NCBI GenBank assembly: GCA_041496385.1
Contig: JBGQEL010000031.1
Location: 1 to 42,046 of the forward strand
Direction: 5' to 3'
Length of the DNA: 42,046 nt
Source of the DNA: Candidatus Methylomirabilia bacterium
GTDB taxonomy: Bacteria; Methylomirabilota; Methylomirabilia; Rokubacteriales; CSP1-6
The stretch's first letter is position 1. Each line of letters starts with the position of its first letter. This document shows positions 1-11,188 of the stretch, in pieces. The position numbers and the translations under genes are program-made. The notes beneath the pieces were generated by a model that was given only the letters and a program-made list of their open reading frames with translations, had not been told where the DNA came from and ran no database searches.

Positions 1-390
1 CGGGCGAGCGCCGAGATCGGCGAGCCGCTCTACGAGGCGCAGCCGCCCACGGGCTACAAGGACACCGCGGAGACGTGGGTCAACACCGGCGCGCTCCTCG
101 CGCGGATGAACTTCGCGCTGGCGCTCGCGAGCGGCCGCTACCCGCGGCTCGGCGTCGACATCGGCGCGCTCGTCGCCGGCGCCGACCCGAGCCGGCCCGA
201 GACGGTGCTGGACCGGCTCACCGCGGCGCTCGTCGGCCCGCTGAGCGCGGACACACGCGCGGTGCTGGCGCAGCAGCTCGCGCATCCGCAGATCACCCGC
301 CTGACGGCCGACGACCGGGCCCCGGCGGACACCGACGTCGCCAAGCTCGCCGCCCTCGTCATCGGCTCGCCCGAGTTCCAGCGGCGATGA
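1..390 (+). CDS. DUF1800 family protein, C-terminal part (5' truncated by window edge)
   Basis: Frame is open from base 1: ...IGEPLYEAQPPTGYKDTAETWVNTGALLARMNFA...LVIGSPEFQRR*. The P-x-G-Y/W..W and SPEFQ termini are typical of DUF1800, and the ATGA overlap into a DUF1501 gene is the canonical pairing. Confidence 0.85.
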   Translation, partial: RASAEIGEPLYEAQPPTGYKDTAETWVNTGALLARMNFALALASGRYPRLGVDIGALVAGADPSRPETVLDRLTAALVGPLSADTRAVLAQQLAHPQITRLTADDRAPADTDVAKLAALVIGSPEFQRR

Positions 391-1634
391 GGACGATGCC
401 CCTCGCGCGGCGCGCGTTCCTCAAGGCCGGCGCGTGCTCGCTGGTGGCGCTCGCGGGCCCGCCGCGCTTCCTCGTGCGGGCCGCCGCGGCCGCGGATGCG
501 AGGGGCAAGGTCCTCGTGGCCGTCTTCCAGCGCGGCGCCGTCGACGGGCTCGCCATGGTGACGCCGCACGGCGATCCCGCGTACGCCGGCGCGCGCCCGG
601 CCATCGGGCTCAAGGCGCCGAAGCGGGGCGAGGCCGACCGGGCGCTCGATCTCGACGGCTTCTTCGCGCTGCACCCTGCGCTGGCGCCGCTGCTGCCGCT
701 CTGGGAGAACCGCTCGCTCGCGGTCGTCCACGCCTGCGGCTCGCCGAACACGACGCGCTCGCACTTCGACGCGCAGGACTACATGGAGTCGGGCACGCCG
801 GGCGTCAAGAGCACGCAGGACGGCTGGCTCGCGCGCGCCGTGCGGGCGCTGCCCTCGCCACCGGCCCCCTTCCGCGCCGTCGCGATGGGCTCGGCGCTGC
901 CGCGCGCGCTCCAGGGGGACGTCGGCGCGGTCGCGATGCAGTCGATCGACCGCTTCGACGTCCGCGCGGCGGGCGACGGCGGCGCGGCGCGCCGCGGGTT
1001 CGAGTCCCTCTACGCCGACGGCGTGCGCGACCTGCTCGCGGGCACCGGGCGGGAAACCTTCGAGGCCGTCAAGCTGCTCCGGAGCGCCAACGCCGCGCGC
1101 ATCCCGCCCGCCAACGGCGCCGACTACGGACGCGGCCCGCTCGGCGCCTCGCTGAAGCAGATCGCCCAGCTCATCAAGGCGAACGTCGGCCTCGAGGTCG
1201 CCTTCGCCGACATGCAGGGCTGGGACACGCACGTCGGCCAGGGCGCCGAGCAGGGCCAGCTGGCCCTTCGCCTGCGCGAGTTCGGCGGCGCGCTCGCGGC
1301 CTTCGCCCGGGACCTCGGCGACCGGATGGCCGACGTGGTGCTGCTCACGATGTCGGAGTTCGGCCGCACCGTCGCCGAGAACGGCAACCGCGGCACGGAC
1401 CATGGCCACGCCACGGCGATGCTCGTGCTGGGCGGGTCCGTGAAGGGCGGGCGCGTCTACGGCCGCTGGCCCGGGCTCGCGCGCGAGCGGCTCTTCGAGG
1501 GGCGCGACCTGGCCGTGACCACCGACTTCCGCGCGCTCTTCAGCGAGGTCGCCACCCGCCAGCTCGGCGCCCCCGCGGCGCCGCTCTTCCCCGGCTGGAC
1601 CGCGACGCCGGCCCCGCTCGGGCTCTCCGCGTAG
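387..1634 (+). CDS. DUF1501 family protein with twin-arginine signal
   Basis: ATG 387 overlaps the upstream TGA (alternative ATG 396). RRAFLK Tat motif; FQRGAVDGL, RSHFDAQDYMESG, GWDTH, SEFGRT..NGNRGTDHG motifs. Confidence 0.9.
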   Translation: MRTMPLARRAFLKAGACSLVALAGPPRFLVRAAAAADARGKVLVAVFQRGAVDGLAMVTPHGDPAYAGARPAIGLKAPKRGEADRALDLDGFFALHPALAPLLPLWENRSLAVVHACGSPNTTRSHFDAQDYMESGTPGVKSTQDGWLARAVRALPSPPAPFRAVAMGSALPRALQGDVGAVAMQSIDRFDVRAAGDGGAARRGFESLYADGVRDLLAGTGRETFEAVKLLRSANAARIPPANGADYGRGPLGASLKQIAQLIKANVGLEVAFADMQGWDTHVGQGAEQGQLALRLREFGGALAAFARDLGDRMADVVLLTMSEFGRTVAENGNRGTDHGHATAMLVLGGSVKGGRVYGRWPGLARERLFEGRDLAVTTDFRALFSEVATRQLGAPAAPLFPGWTATPAPLGLSA

Positions 1635-1734
1635 CCCCCGCCCGCGTCGTGCCGTCTCGCTCACACGTGAGGACCGCGCCGTGAGGGCCGCGCCGTTGCG
1701 CGCGCGGCGGACGGTGTGCTACCGTCCGCGCGTC

Positions 1735-2463
1735 ATGGGAGAGAACGTCGCGCTCGCCCGCGACGGGCGCGTCGCGACCGTCACGCTGAACCGTCCCGAT
1801 CGGCGCAACTCGCTGAGCGACGCGATGCTCGCCGAGCTCGGCGCGGCGTTTGCCGAGCTCCGGGACGACGCGGAGACGCGCGTCGTGATCGTCACGGGCG
1901 CCCCGCCCGTCTTCTCCGCCGGCGCCGACGCGCCGATCAGCGCGAAGATGTCGCCCGAGGAGCGGCGCCGCGCGTTCGCCGGACGCAAGAGCCAGTTCCG
2001 CCGGCTCTTCGAGCGCGCGAACGTGCTCCTCGAGAACCTCGAGCAGGCGACGGTCGCCGCGATCAACGGTCACGCGGTCGGCGGTGGCTGGGGGCTCGTG
2101 CTCGCGTGCGACTTCCGCTGGGCGGCGGCGGAGGCGCAGTTCTGGATCCCCGAGGTGGAGCTCGGCGTCCCGCTCGGCACCGCCACGACGACGCGCTTCG
2201 TCCGCTTCGCCGGCCCGGCGCGCGCCAAGGAGATCATCATGGAGGGCCGCCGCTACTCGGCGGCCGAGGCCCAGGCGATGGGCGTCGTCCACCGCGTCGT
2301 GCCGGGCGCCGCGCTTCTCGAGGAGGCGCGCGCCTACGCCGAGCTGCTCGCCGCCAGGCCGCAGCGGCCCCTGGCCGAGATGAAGGCGCGGATCAACGCG
2401 ATCGCGCGCGCGGGCATGCCCGAGGTCAACGCGATGACGGAGGGCTTCCTCGACCGTGGCTGA
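1735..2463 (+). CDS. Enoyl-CoA hydratase/isomerase (crotonase) family protein
   Basis: VATVTLNRPDRRNSL, FSAGAD, AAINGHAVGGG, PEVELG motifs; ATG at 1735. Confidence 0.9.
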   Translation: MGENVALARDGRVATVTLNRPDRRNSLSDAMLAELGAAFAELRDDAETRVVIVTGAPPVFSAGADAPISAKMSPEERRRAFAGRKSQFRRLFERANVLLENLEQATVAAINGHAVGGGWGLVLACDFRWAAAEAQFWIPEVELGVPLGTATTTRFVRFAGPARAKEIIMEGRRYSAAEAQAMGVVHRVVPGAALLEEARAYAELLAARPQRPLAEMKARINAIARAGMPEVNAMTEGFLDRG

Positions 2464-3652
2464 GGCCGGGACGATGCTCGAGGGCCTGCGCGTCCTCGAC
2501 CTCTCGCGCGTCATCGCCGGCCCGTACTGCGCGACGCTCATGGCCGACCTGGGCGCCGACGTCATCAAGGTCGAGCGCCCGGGCAGCGGCGACGACTTGC
2601 GTCGCCTGCGCGGCGAGGGCATGAGCGCGGCGTTCGCGGCGATCAACCGGAACAAGCGCGGGATCGCGGTCGACTTGCAGGCGCTGCAGGGCGCGCGCCT
2701 CGTCTTCGAGCTCGCGCGACGCGCCGACGTGGTCGTCGAGAATTTCCTGCCCGGCGGCGCCGACAAGCTCGGCCTCGGGTACGCCGCCGTGAGCGCGGCG
2801 AACCCCGCCGTCGTCTACGTCTCGGTGACCGGCTTCGGCCAGACGGGCCCGCACGCCAGGCGCGCGGGCTACAACACGATCGCGCAGGGCGTGAGCGGGA
2901 TCATGGCGCTCACGGGGATGCCGGGGCACCCGCCCACGCGGGTCGGGGGCTCGGTGTCCGACCTCGTCACCGCGTTCCTCGCCTTCGGCGTCGCGAGCGC
3001 CGCGCTGGTGCACCGCGATCGGACCGGGCGGGGCCAGCACCTGGACGTGAGCCTCCTGGCCTCCACGCTGGCGCTCCTCCCCGATCCCGCCGCCATCTAC
3101 TTCGACACGGGCACGCGGCCGCCGCGCGCGGGAAACCGCAACCTCAACCTGACGCCCGCCGAGGCCTTCCGCGCGAAGGACGGCTGGGTGCAGGTCGTCG
3201 TCATGAACGCTGACCAGTACGGGCGCTTCGCGCGCGTGCTCGGCGACGCGGGGCTCCTGACCGAGCCGAAGTTCGCGACCAACGACAGCCGGCTCGCCCA
3301 CCACGATGAGTTCAAGTCCCGGGTCGAGGCCGCGCTCGCAGCAGCACCGGCCGCCGAGTGGGTCGGGCGCCTCCAGGCCGCGCAGGTCGCCGCGGGGCCG
3401 ATCCACGAGTTCGACGAGGTCTTCGAGGACCCGCAGGTGAAGCACCTCGGCCTGGTCGCCGAGGTGGACCAGCCCGGGTACGGCAAGGCCAGGATGCTCG
3501 CGTTTCCGGTCCGCGCCTCCGCCACGCCCGCACGGATCCGCCGCGCCGCCCCGCTGCTGGGCGAGCACACCGCGGAGGTGCTCGCCGAGCTGGGGCTGGC
3601 CCGGCCCGAGATCGAGCGCCTCGCCGCCGAGGGCGTGGTCGCGCTCGGCTGA
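2456..3652 (+). CDS. CaiB/BaiF family (class III) CoA-transferase
   Basis: LEGLRVLDLSRVIAGPYC..LGADVIKVERP, NRNKR, VVVENFLPG, GFGQTGP, APLLGEHT. Start is GTG 2456 or ATG 2474. Confidence 0.93.
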   Translation: MAEAGTMLEGLRVLDLSRVIAGPYCATLMADLGADVIKVERPGSGDDLRRLRGEGMSAAFAAINRNKRGIAVDLQALQGARLVFELARRADVVVENFLPGGADKLGLGYAAVSAANPAVVYVSVTGFGQTGPHARRAGYNTIAQGVSGIMALTGMPGHPPTRVGGSVSDLVTAFLAFGVASAALVHRDRTGRGQHLDVSLLASTLALLPDPAAIYFDTGTRPPRAGNRNLNLTPAEAFRAKDGWVQVVVMNADQYGRFARVLGDAGLLTEPKFATNDSRLAHHDEFKSRVEAALAAAPAAEWVGRLQAAQVAAGPIHEFDEVFEDPQVKHLGLVAEVDQPGYGKARMLAFPVRASATPARIRRAAPLLGEHTAEVLAELGLARPEIERLAAEGVVALG

Positions 3653-3697
3653 GCCCGGCGGCCAACTCGCAGCGAACCCCGGACAGGAGGAGCCCCG

Positions 3698-3880
3698 ATG
3701 CCCAACGTCACGATCCAGTGGTACGCGGGCCGCACCCAGGACCAGAAGCGCCAGGTCACCGCGGCGATCACCGACGCGCTGGTGAAGATCGCGAAGACCA
3801 CGCCCGACCAGGTCCACATCGTCTTCCAGGACGTCGAGAAGTCGAACTGGGGCTGGAACGGCAAGCTCGCCAGCGACTAG
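3698..3880 (+). CDS. 4-oxalocrotonate tautomerase family protein
   Basis: 60 aa; Pro after the initiator Met (catalytic Pro-1); GRTQDQKR and NWGWNG; AGGAGGAG RBS upstream. Confidence 0.9.
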   Translation: MPNVTIQWYAGRTQDQKRQVTAAITDALVKIAKTTPDQVHIVFQDVEKSNWGWNGKLASD

Positions 3881-3975
3881 GGCCCCGGCGCACGGCGAAT
3901 CGTCTTCTCGGGGAGGCGGCGAGTAGTATCTAATTGGAGTCGCGGTCCAAATCGTCCCCTTGGGAGGGTTCTACG

Positions 3976-4317
3976 ATGACACGACTCATCGCCGTGCTGG
4001 TCGCCCTGGCCTTCGCCCTGGCCGCGCTCGCGCCGTCGGCAGCCCTGGCGCAGACGCAGCCGAAGGCACCGGCCAAGACCGAGACCGCGAAACCCGCGAA
4101 GGCCGAGAAGAAGGAGAAGCTCGACCTCAACAGCGCCTCGGAGGCCGACCTCAAGATGCTGCCGGGCATCGGTGACGCGTACGCCAAGAAGATCGTGGAG
4201 GGCCGCCCCTACAAGCGCAAGGACGAGCTGGTCGCGAAGAAGATCGTTCCGAAGCCCACGTACGACAAGATCAAGGACGACATCATCGCCCACCAGGCGC
4301 CGACCGCGAAGAAGTAG
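3976..4317 (+). CDS. Secreted ComEA-like helix-hairpin-helix DNA-binding protein
   Basis: GGAGG RBS at 3963-3967, signal peptide, Lys/Ala/Pro linker, LDLNSAS..DLKMLPGIG..YAKKIVEGRPYKRKDEL. Confidence 0.88.
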   Translation: MTRLIAVLVALAFALAALAPSAALAQTQPKAPAKTETAKPAKAEKKEKLDLNSASEADLKMLPGIGDAYAKKIVEGRPYKRKDELVAKKIVPKPTYDKIKDDIIAHQAPTAKK

Positions 4318-4326
4318 CCGGAACAC

Positions 4327-4363
4327 CGGGGCGGGGTCGTGCCGGGCGCGCGGTCCCGCCCCG
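4327..4363 (+). terminator. GC-rich hairpin after the HhH gene (possible terminator/pause; no U-tract)
   Basis: CGGGGCGGG (4327-4335) pairs with CCCGCCCCG (4355-4363), with additional G-U pairs inside. Confidence 0.35.
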
Positions 4364-4398
4364 ATGACGCGGTGAGCCGTCGGCGCCCGGCTCGGCCG

Positions 4399-4426
4399 TT
4401 GACTTCCCCGCCCGTTCGCGGATAAT
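4399..4426 (+). promoter_or_regulatory. sigma70-like promoter of the ABC operon
   Basis: TTGACT (4399-4404), 16-nt spacer, GATAAT (4421-4426), 36 nt upstream of ATG 4463; conspicuous in high-GC DNA. Confidence 0.6.
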
Positions 4427-4462
4427 CACGCAACCTCTCCGGGAGGGTTCACCGAGGACGCC

Positions 4463-5383
4463 ATGAAGAAATTCATCGTCAAGCGAATGGGCTTCGCGTT
4501 CATCTCGCTCGTCCTGCTGTCGGTCACGATCTTCTTCTTCGTGCGCGTGACGGGCGACCCGGCCGTGCTCCTCACCGAGCCGGGCGCGAGCGCGGCCGAC
4601 CTCGCCGACATCCGCGCCCAGTTCGGCCTGGACCAGCCGCTCTGGTTCCAGTACGGGAGCTTCGTCAGCCATCTGCTCCGAGGCGACTTCGGCCAGTCGT
4701 TCTACTACAAGACCGACGTCATGGAGCTCTACCTCTCCCGGCTGCCCTCCTCGCTCCTCCTAGCGTCGGTCGCGATGACCTTCTCGCTGGTCATCGGGAT
4801 CCCGACGGGGGTGATCGCGGCGGTCAGGGTGAACGGCTGGTGGGACAGCGGGGGCAAGGTCTTCGCGCTGCTCGGCCTCTCGCTGCCGTCATTCTGGGTC
4901 GGCCTCCTCATGATCCTGTTCTTCTCGGTCTACCTCGGCTGGCTCCCCTCCTCGGGCTCGGGATCGGTCCGACACGTGCTCATGCCGGCATTCGCGCTCG
5001 GCTGGTACTTCGCGGCGGCGCACATGCGGCTGACGCGATCCTCCATGCTCGAGGTCCTGGGCTCGGAGTACGTCAAGCTCGCGCGGCTCAAGGGTCTGCC
5101 GGAGGCGCTCGTCCTCGCCAAGCACGCGCTGAAGAACGCGCTGATCCCGGTGCTCACGCTGGCCGGCATCAACGTGGTCCTCATGATCAACGTCTCCATC
5201 GTCGTGGAAACCGTGTTCGCCTGGCCCGGCATCGGACGCCTCCTCTACGAGGGCATCGCGTTCCGCGACTTCCCCGTGGTCCAGGCGATCGTGCTGCTCG
5301 GGGGTGCCATGATCGTCTTCGTCAACCTCTTCGTGGACGTGCTCTACGCCGTGATCGACCCACGGATCAGGTACGAGCGATGA
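4463..5383 (+). CDS. dppB: Peptide/nickel ABC transporter permease (DppB/OppB-like)
   Basis: GDPA..GLDQPL..QY, RSSMLEVLGSEYVKLARLKGL (EAA loop), VETVFAWPGIG, DPRIR. Confidence 0.9.
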   Translation: MKKFIVKRMGFAFISLVLLSVTIFFFVRVTGDPAVLLTEPGASAADLADIRAQFGLDQPLWFQYGSFVSHLLRGDFGQSFYYKTDVMELYLSRLPSSLLLASVAMTFSLVIGIPTGVIAAVRVNGWWDSGGKVFALLGLSLPSFWVGLLMILFFSVYLGWLPSSGSGSVRHVLMPAFALGWYFAAAHMRLTRSSMLEVLGSEYVKLARLKGLPEALVLAKHALKNALIPVLTLAGINVVLMINVSIVVETVFAWPGIGRLLYEGIAFRDFPVVQAIVLLGGAMIVFVNLFVDVLYAVIDPRIRYER

Positions 5384-6276
5384 ACGGGACGGCGAGCAGC
5401 AGCCGCGCCGCCGGCCTCACGCTCGCGTGGCGCCTCGCCTCCTTCCGGAGCGAGGGGTTCCCGCTCATCCCGGTCCTGATCCTGGGCGCGTTCGTCCTGA
5501 TCGCCATCTTCGCCAACGTGCTCGCGCCGCACGATCCCGAGGTCGGCGCGCTCGGCGACCGCTTCCACCCGCCCGCCTGGCAGCAGGGCGGCTCGGGCCA
5601 GCACTTCCTCGGCACCGACCACCTCGGCCGCGACGTGCTCTCGCGGCTGATCTTCGGCACGCGCGTCTCGCTCGTGGTGGGCTTCATGGCCGTCGTCTTC
5701 GCGGGCATCGTCGGCACGACGCTCGGCATCCTGTCCGGCTATCTCGGCGGGTGGGTCGACCAGCTGATCATGCGGGTGACCGACGCCTGGCTCGCGCTGC
5801 CCGCGCTGACCTTCGCCATCTTCCTCGCCGCGATCGTGGGCCCGAGCGCCATGAACATCGTGGTCATTCTCTCCCTCGTCTACTGGACCCGCTACGCGCG
5901 CGTGATCCGCGGCGAGGTCCTCTCGCTCAAGGAGCGCGACTTCGTGCGTCTCGCGATCGTCGCGGGCCGTGACAAGCGCTCGATCATGCGGCGCCACATC
6001 CTGCCGAACGTGCTCAATTCGGCCATCGTGCTGGCGACCCTCATGCTCGGCGTCGTGATCGTCACGGAGGCGGCGCTCTCGTTCCTCGGCGTCGGCGTGC
6101 CGCCGCCGCAGCCCGCCTGGGGGCTCATGCTCGCCGACGGCAAGAAGGGCCTCATGGCCGGGTACTGGTGGCTCACCGTCCTGCCCGGCACGTGCATCAT
6201 GCTGCTCGTGCTCTCCGCGAACCTCCTCGGCGACTGGCTCCGCGTGAAGCTGGACCCGCAGCTCCGACAGCTCTGA
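5380..6276 (+). CDS. dppC: Peptide/nickel ABC transporter permease (DppC/OppC-like)
   Basis: ATGA-coupled start; LGTDHLGRDVLSRLIFGTRVSL, EAALSFLGVG, NLLGDWLR..LDP. Confidence 0.9.
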   Translation: MNGTASSSRAAGLTLAWRLASFRSEGFPLIPVLILGAFVLIAIFANVLAPHDPEVGALGDRFHPPAWQQGGSGQHFLGTDHLGRDVLSRLIFGTRVSLVVGFMAVVFAGIVGTTLGILSGYLGGWVDQLIMRVTDAWLALPALTFAIFLAAIVGPSAMNIVVILSLVYWTRYARVIRGEVLSLKERDFVRLAIVAGRDKRSIMRRHILPNVLNSAIVLATLMLGVVIVTEAALSFLGVGVPPPQPAWGLMLADGKKGLMAGYWWLTVLPGTCIMLLVLSANLLGDWLRVKLDPQLRQL

Positions 6277-6279
6277 GCG

Positions 6280-7262
6280 GTGGCCCGCCTCCTCGAGGTC
6301 CGGAACCTCTCGACGCACTACGTGAGCGCGCGCGGGACCCGCGTCACGCGCGCGGTGGACGAGGTGTCGTTCGCGATCGGCGAGGGCGAGACGCTCGGGA
6401 TCGTGGGCGAGTCGGGCTCGGGCAAGACGACGCTCGCGCTCACGCTGCTGCGGCTCCTCCCGCCCGCCGCGCACATCGTCGGCGGCGAGATCTGGTTCGA
6501 GAACGAGGATCTCCTGAAGAAATCCGACACCGAGATGCGCCGCGTGCGCGGCCGGCGCATCGCGATGATCCTCCAGGACCCGCTCGCGAGCCTCAACCCG
6601 CTCTTCACCGTCGGCGACCAGGTGGCGGAGCCCCTGCGCGTCCACGAGGGCGCGACGCGCGCGAGCGCGTGGGCGCGCGCGCGCGAGCTCCTGCGCGCCG
6701 TCCGCATCGCGGCGCCGGAGACGCGCGTGGGCGAGTACCCGCACCAGCTCTCGGGCGGGATGCGGCAGCGCATCGTCGGCGCCATCGCGATCTCGTGCGG
6801 GCCGCGCCTGCTCATCGCCGACGAGCCGACGACGAGCCTCGACCTCACGATCCAGGCGCAGTACCTGCGGCTCCTGCGCGACCTCCAGCGCGACCACGGG
6901 CTCGCGCTGATCTTCATCACCCACAACCTCGGCATCGTCGCCAAGATGTGCGATCAGGTGGCGGTCATGTACGGGGGCCGGATCGTGGAGGCGGGCCCGG
7001 TCGGGCGGATCTACTCCGCGCCCGCCCACCCGTACACGCAGGCGCTCCTCGAATCGATCCCGCGCATGAGCGAGGGGCGCAAGCGCCTCACCGCCATCGA
7101 GGGTCAGCCGCCGGATCCCGCGGCGCTGCCGACGGGTTGCGCCTTCCATCCGCGGTGCCCGCAGGTGATGGACCGGTGCCGCAGCGAGGCCCCGCCCGAG
7201 CTCGCGGTGGATGGCGCGCAGCGGACGCGGTGCTGGCTCGCGGCCGGGCACCCGCCCGCGTG

Positions 7263-7263
<1 letters not shown>
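6280..7263 (+). CDS. dppD: Peptide ABC transporter ATP-binding protein (DppD/OppD-like)
   Basis: GESGSGKT Walker A, LSGGMRQR signature, IADEPTT Walker B, HPYT and GCAFHPRC oligo_HPY tail. Confidence 0.92.
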
Positions 7264-8226
<963 letters not shown>

Positions 8227-8252
<26 letters not shown>

Positions 8253-9321
8253 AGGCGGGAACGGGCTTGGAGAAGCCCTTGAGCGCGAGGCCGCCCAGCT
8301 CCTCGGCCTCGACGAACTCCTCGACGGTGCCGTGGACGCGCTGGGAGATCAGGATCTGGCGCGGCTTGGCCTCGCCGCAGAGGCGCGCGGCCAGGTTCGT
8401 GACCGTACCGATCGCGCCGTAGTCCATCCGTCCCTCGAACCCGATCGCGCCGATCGTGGCGTAGCCCTGCGCGATACCGATGCCGAGATCGAGCTCGTAG
8501 CCGCGCTTGCGCCACTTCACCAGCAGCTCGTCCACCCGCGCGCGCATGGCGGCCGCCATGCGGACGGCGCGCGCGGGCCCGTCGGCGACCGGCACCGGAT
8601 CGTTGAAGAAGATCATCATCCCGTCGCCCGTGAAGCGCTCCAGCGTGCCCTCGTGCTCCAGGATGAGCTTGCCCATCTCGGCGTGGTACTCGCGCAGCAC
8701 GCCCATGACCTCCTCGGGCTCCGAGGTCTCGGCGAACGAGGTGAAGCCGCGCAGGTCGAGGAAGACGACCGTGACCTCGCGGCGGTGACTCTTGAGCGGG
8801 TCCTCGGCGTCGCCGCTGACGATCAGCTCGGCGAGCTGCGGCGAAAAGAAGCGCTTGAGGCGCTCGAGGCGCTCGAGCTGGGCGACCTGCTGCTCGACGC
8901 GCTGCTCGAGGGTCCGGTTCCATTCCGCGAGCTCGTCGTGGAGCAGCTTGATCCTGAGGAGCGACTTCACGCGCGCCAGCAGCTCGGGCTGATTGATGGG
9001 CTTCGAGAGGAAATCGTCGGCCCCCGCCTCGAGCCCCTTCACGCGTTCCTTCGTGGGGTCCAGCGCCGTCACCATGACGACGGGCAGGGTGGCCGTCAGC
9101 GCGCTCGTGCGGAGCTTCGTGCAGACCTCGTAGCCGTTCATGCCCGGCATCATGACGTCGAGCAGCACGAGGTCCGGGATCTCCTTCTCGATCTTCGCGA
9201 GGGCCTCCTCGCCGGAGGCGGCGGTGACGACCGCGTAGCCCTTGACCGTCAGGAGATCCGCGAGGAGCTTGACGTTCTGCGGCGTATCGTCGACGACGAG
9301 GATCTTGCGAGGCGCCATCAT
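8227..9321 (-). CDS. Response regulator receiver fused to class III adenylate/guanylate cyclase
   Basis: ILVVDD..DLVLLDVMMP..KP receiver, coiled-coil linker, FLDLRGFT, GDGMM, DYGAIGTVTNLAARL cyclase motifs; ATGA overlap with the upstream receiver gene. Confidence 0.92.
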
Positions 9322-9692
9322 GACCGGTCCAGCATGGCGCGCACGGCGTCCAGGAACTCCTTCACGCGGATGGGCTTGGACTGGTAGCCGTCGAAGCCGG
9401 CCGCCATGATCTTCTGGCGGTCCTGGGTCATCGCCGAGGCCGTGACCGCGATCACGGGGATCGCGCGCGTCTCCGGGTCGCCCCGGAGCTGGCCGAGCGC
9501 GGCGATGCCGTCCATGCCCGGGAGCTGGATGTCCATCAGGACGAGCGCCGGCCGTCGCTCCCGGGCGAGGCGGACGCCGTCCTCGCCCGTCGTGGCCTCG
9601 AGGGTCTGGTAGCCCTTGAACTGGAGGACGTCGCGCACCAGTTTGAGATTTTTCTCGTTGTCCTCGACGATCAGGATCAGCTCGCCGGCCAT
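9318..9692 (-). CDS. Single-domain response regulator (CheY/DivK-like)
   Basis: ILIVEDN, LVLMDIQLPGMDG, IAVTA, GYQSKPI; 124 aa. Confidence 0.92.
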   Translation of the reverse strand: MAGELILIVEDNEKNLKLVRDVLQFKGYQTLEATTGEDGVRLARERRPALVLMDIQLPGMDGIAALGQLRGDPETRAIPVIAVTASAMTQDRQKIMAAGFDGYQSKPIRVKEFLDAVRAMLDRS

Positions 9693-11188
9693 GATCTCTC
9701 CGGTATCGTGAAGGTGAAGGTGGAGCCCTTGCCGACCTCGCTCGCGACGCGGATGCGCCCGCCGTGGAGCTCGACGAACTTCCGCGCCAGCGCGAGCCCC
9801 AGCCCGGTGCCCTCGCGCCTGCGCGTCCGATCACCGCCCACCTGGCGGAACTCCTCGAAGATCGTCTCCTGGTCCTCGGGCGCGATCCCGATGCCGGTGT
9901 CGCTCACCGAGATCTCCACCGCGCCGTCGACGCGGGCGGCGTCCAGCGCCACCCGCCCGCCCTCCGACGTGAACTTGACGGCGTTCGACAGCAGATTCAA
10001 GACGACCTGCCGCACCTTCCGCTCGTCCGCGACCACCTGGCCGACGCTCCCCTCCACGGCGAGGGCGAGGACGATCCCGTGCCGGGTGGCGCGCTCGCGC
10101 ACCAGCGTGAGACAGGCCTCGAGCGCCGCCGGCAGGTCGAAGGCGTCCGCCTCCAGCTCCATGCGGCCGGCCTCGACCTTCGCGAGGTCGAGGATGTCGT
10201 TGATCAGCGAGAGGAGGTGGCGGCCCGACACGACGATATCCTGAAGATACTCCTCCTGCTTCGGGTTCAGCTCGCCGAACATCCGCTCGAGCAGCACCTC
10301 CGAGAAGCCGATGATCGCGTTGAGCGGCGTCCGCAGCTCGTGCGACATGTTGGCCAGGAACTCCGACTTGTGCCGACTCGCGGCCTCGAGCTGCTGGTAG
10401 AGCCGGCCCAGCTCCTCGCTCATGCGGTTCAGGTTCGCCGCGAGGGCCCCGAGCTCGTCGCGGTTGGGGATCTCCACGCGGCCGGAGAAGTCGCCGGACG
10501 CCAGCTCCTTCAGCCGCGTGTCCATGCGCTGCACCGGGCCGATCACGGACCAGGAGATGGCGTATCCGAGCAGCAGGGCCAGCGCGATGGCGCCGACCGC
10601 GAACCCGATCACCACCCAGCGCGACCCCAGATAGGCTTCGTGGGTCGCGTCGATGCTCGCCACCATGTCGGCCTCGGCCTTGTTGACGAGCTCGTTCGTC
10701 AGGCGTTCGAGGCGGTCCGCGAGCGGGCCGGCCTGCGAGAGCTGGACCTCGCGCCCCTGCGCGACCCGGCCGGCGCGGATCAGTTCGACCACCTGCGTGA
10801 CGACCTTGATGAATTGTTCATAGTCCTCGCGCACCCGGGCGAGCAGCTCAACCTCGTCCTTGGCCACGAACTGCAGGCGGTCCAGGTCGTAGCCGAACTG
10901 GTTGAGCTGGCGCAGCGTCGCGTCGAGCGTCCGATCGTCGGGAATGAGCAGCGCCGAGGCGACGCTGTAGAGCTGTCCCGTCGTGTCGTGCTGGAGCTGG
11001 CGGTAGGCCGCGATCTTGCGCTGGAGCTGGACGAGGTCCTCGGCGCGGCGGTTCACCGTGCTGAGCGTCTGGAGGCCGACGGCGCCCATCGCGATGAGCA
11101 GGACGACGATGGCCAGGAACGCGGTGAGGAGCTTGCGGTGGACGGTGATCGGCAGCCGCGCGACGAGCCCGACGAGCCAGGTCTTCAT
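9677..11188 (-). CDS. Membrane sensor histidine kinase (helical extracytoplasmic domain-HAMP-HisKA-HATPase)
   Basis: Two hydrophobic helices flank a ~140-aa helical segment; RDELGALA HAMP; FLANMSHELRTPLN H-box; NLLSNAVKFT, DTGIGI, GTGLGL; ATG 11188 coupled to the SCO stop. Confidence 0.92.
   Translation of the reverse strand: MKTWLVGLVARLPITVHRKLLTAFLAIVVLLIAMGAVGLQTLSTVNRRAEDLVQLQRKIAAYRQLQHDTTGQLYSVASALLIPDDRTLDATLRQLNQFGYDLDRLQFVAKDEVELLARVREDYEQFIKVVTQVVELIRAGRVAQGREVQLSQAGPLADRLERLTNELVNKAEADMVASIDATHEAYLGSRWVVIGFAVGAIALALLLGYAISWSVIGPVQRMDTRLKELASGDFSGRVEIPNRDELGALAANLNRMSEELGRLYQQLEAASRHKSEFLANMSHELRTPLNAIIGFSEVLLERMFGELNPKQEEYLQDIVVSGRHLLSLINDILDLAKVEAGRMELEADAFDLPAALEACLTLVRERATRHGIVLALAVEGSVGQVVADERKVRQVVLNLLSNAVKFTSEGGRVALDAARVDGAVEISVSDTGIGIAPEDQETIFEEFRQVGGDRTRRREGTGLGLALARKFVELHGGRIRVASEVGKGSTFTFTIPERSWPAS

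Noticed and set aside
1735..3880. Crotonase + CoA-transferase + tautomerase as a novel catabolic pathway
   Set aside because: Very common families. The crotonase lacks the first catalytic Glu (GGGWGL), but that is frequent and no substrate can be inferred.
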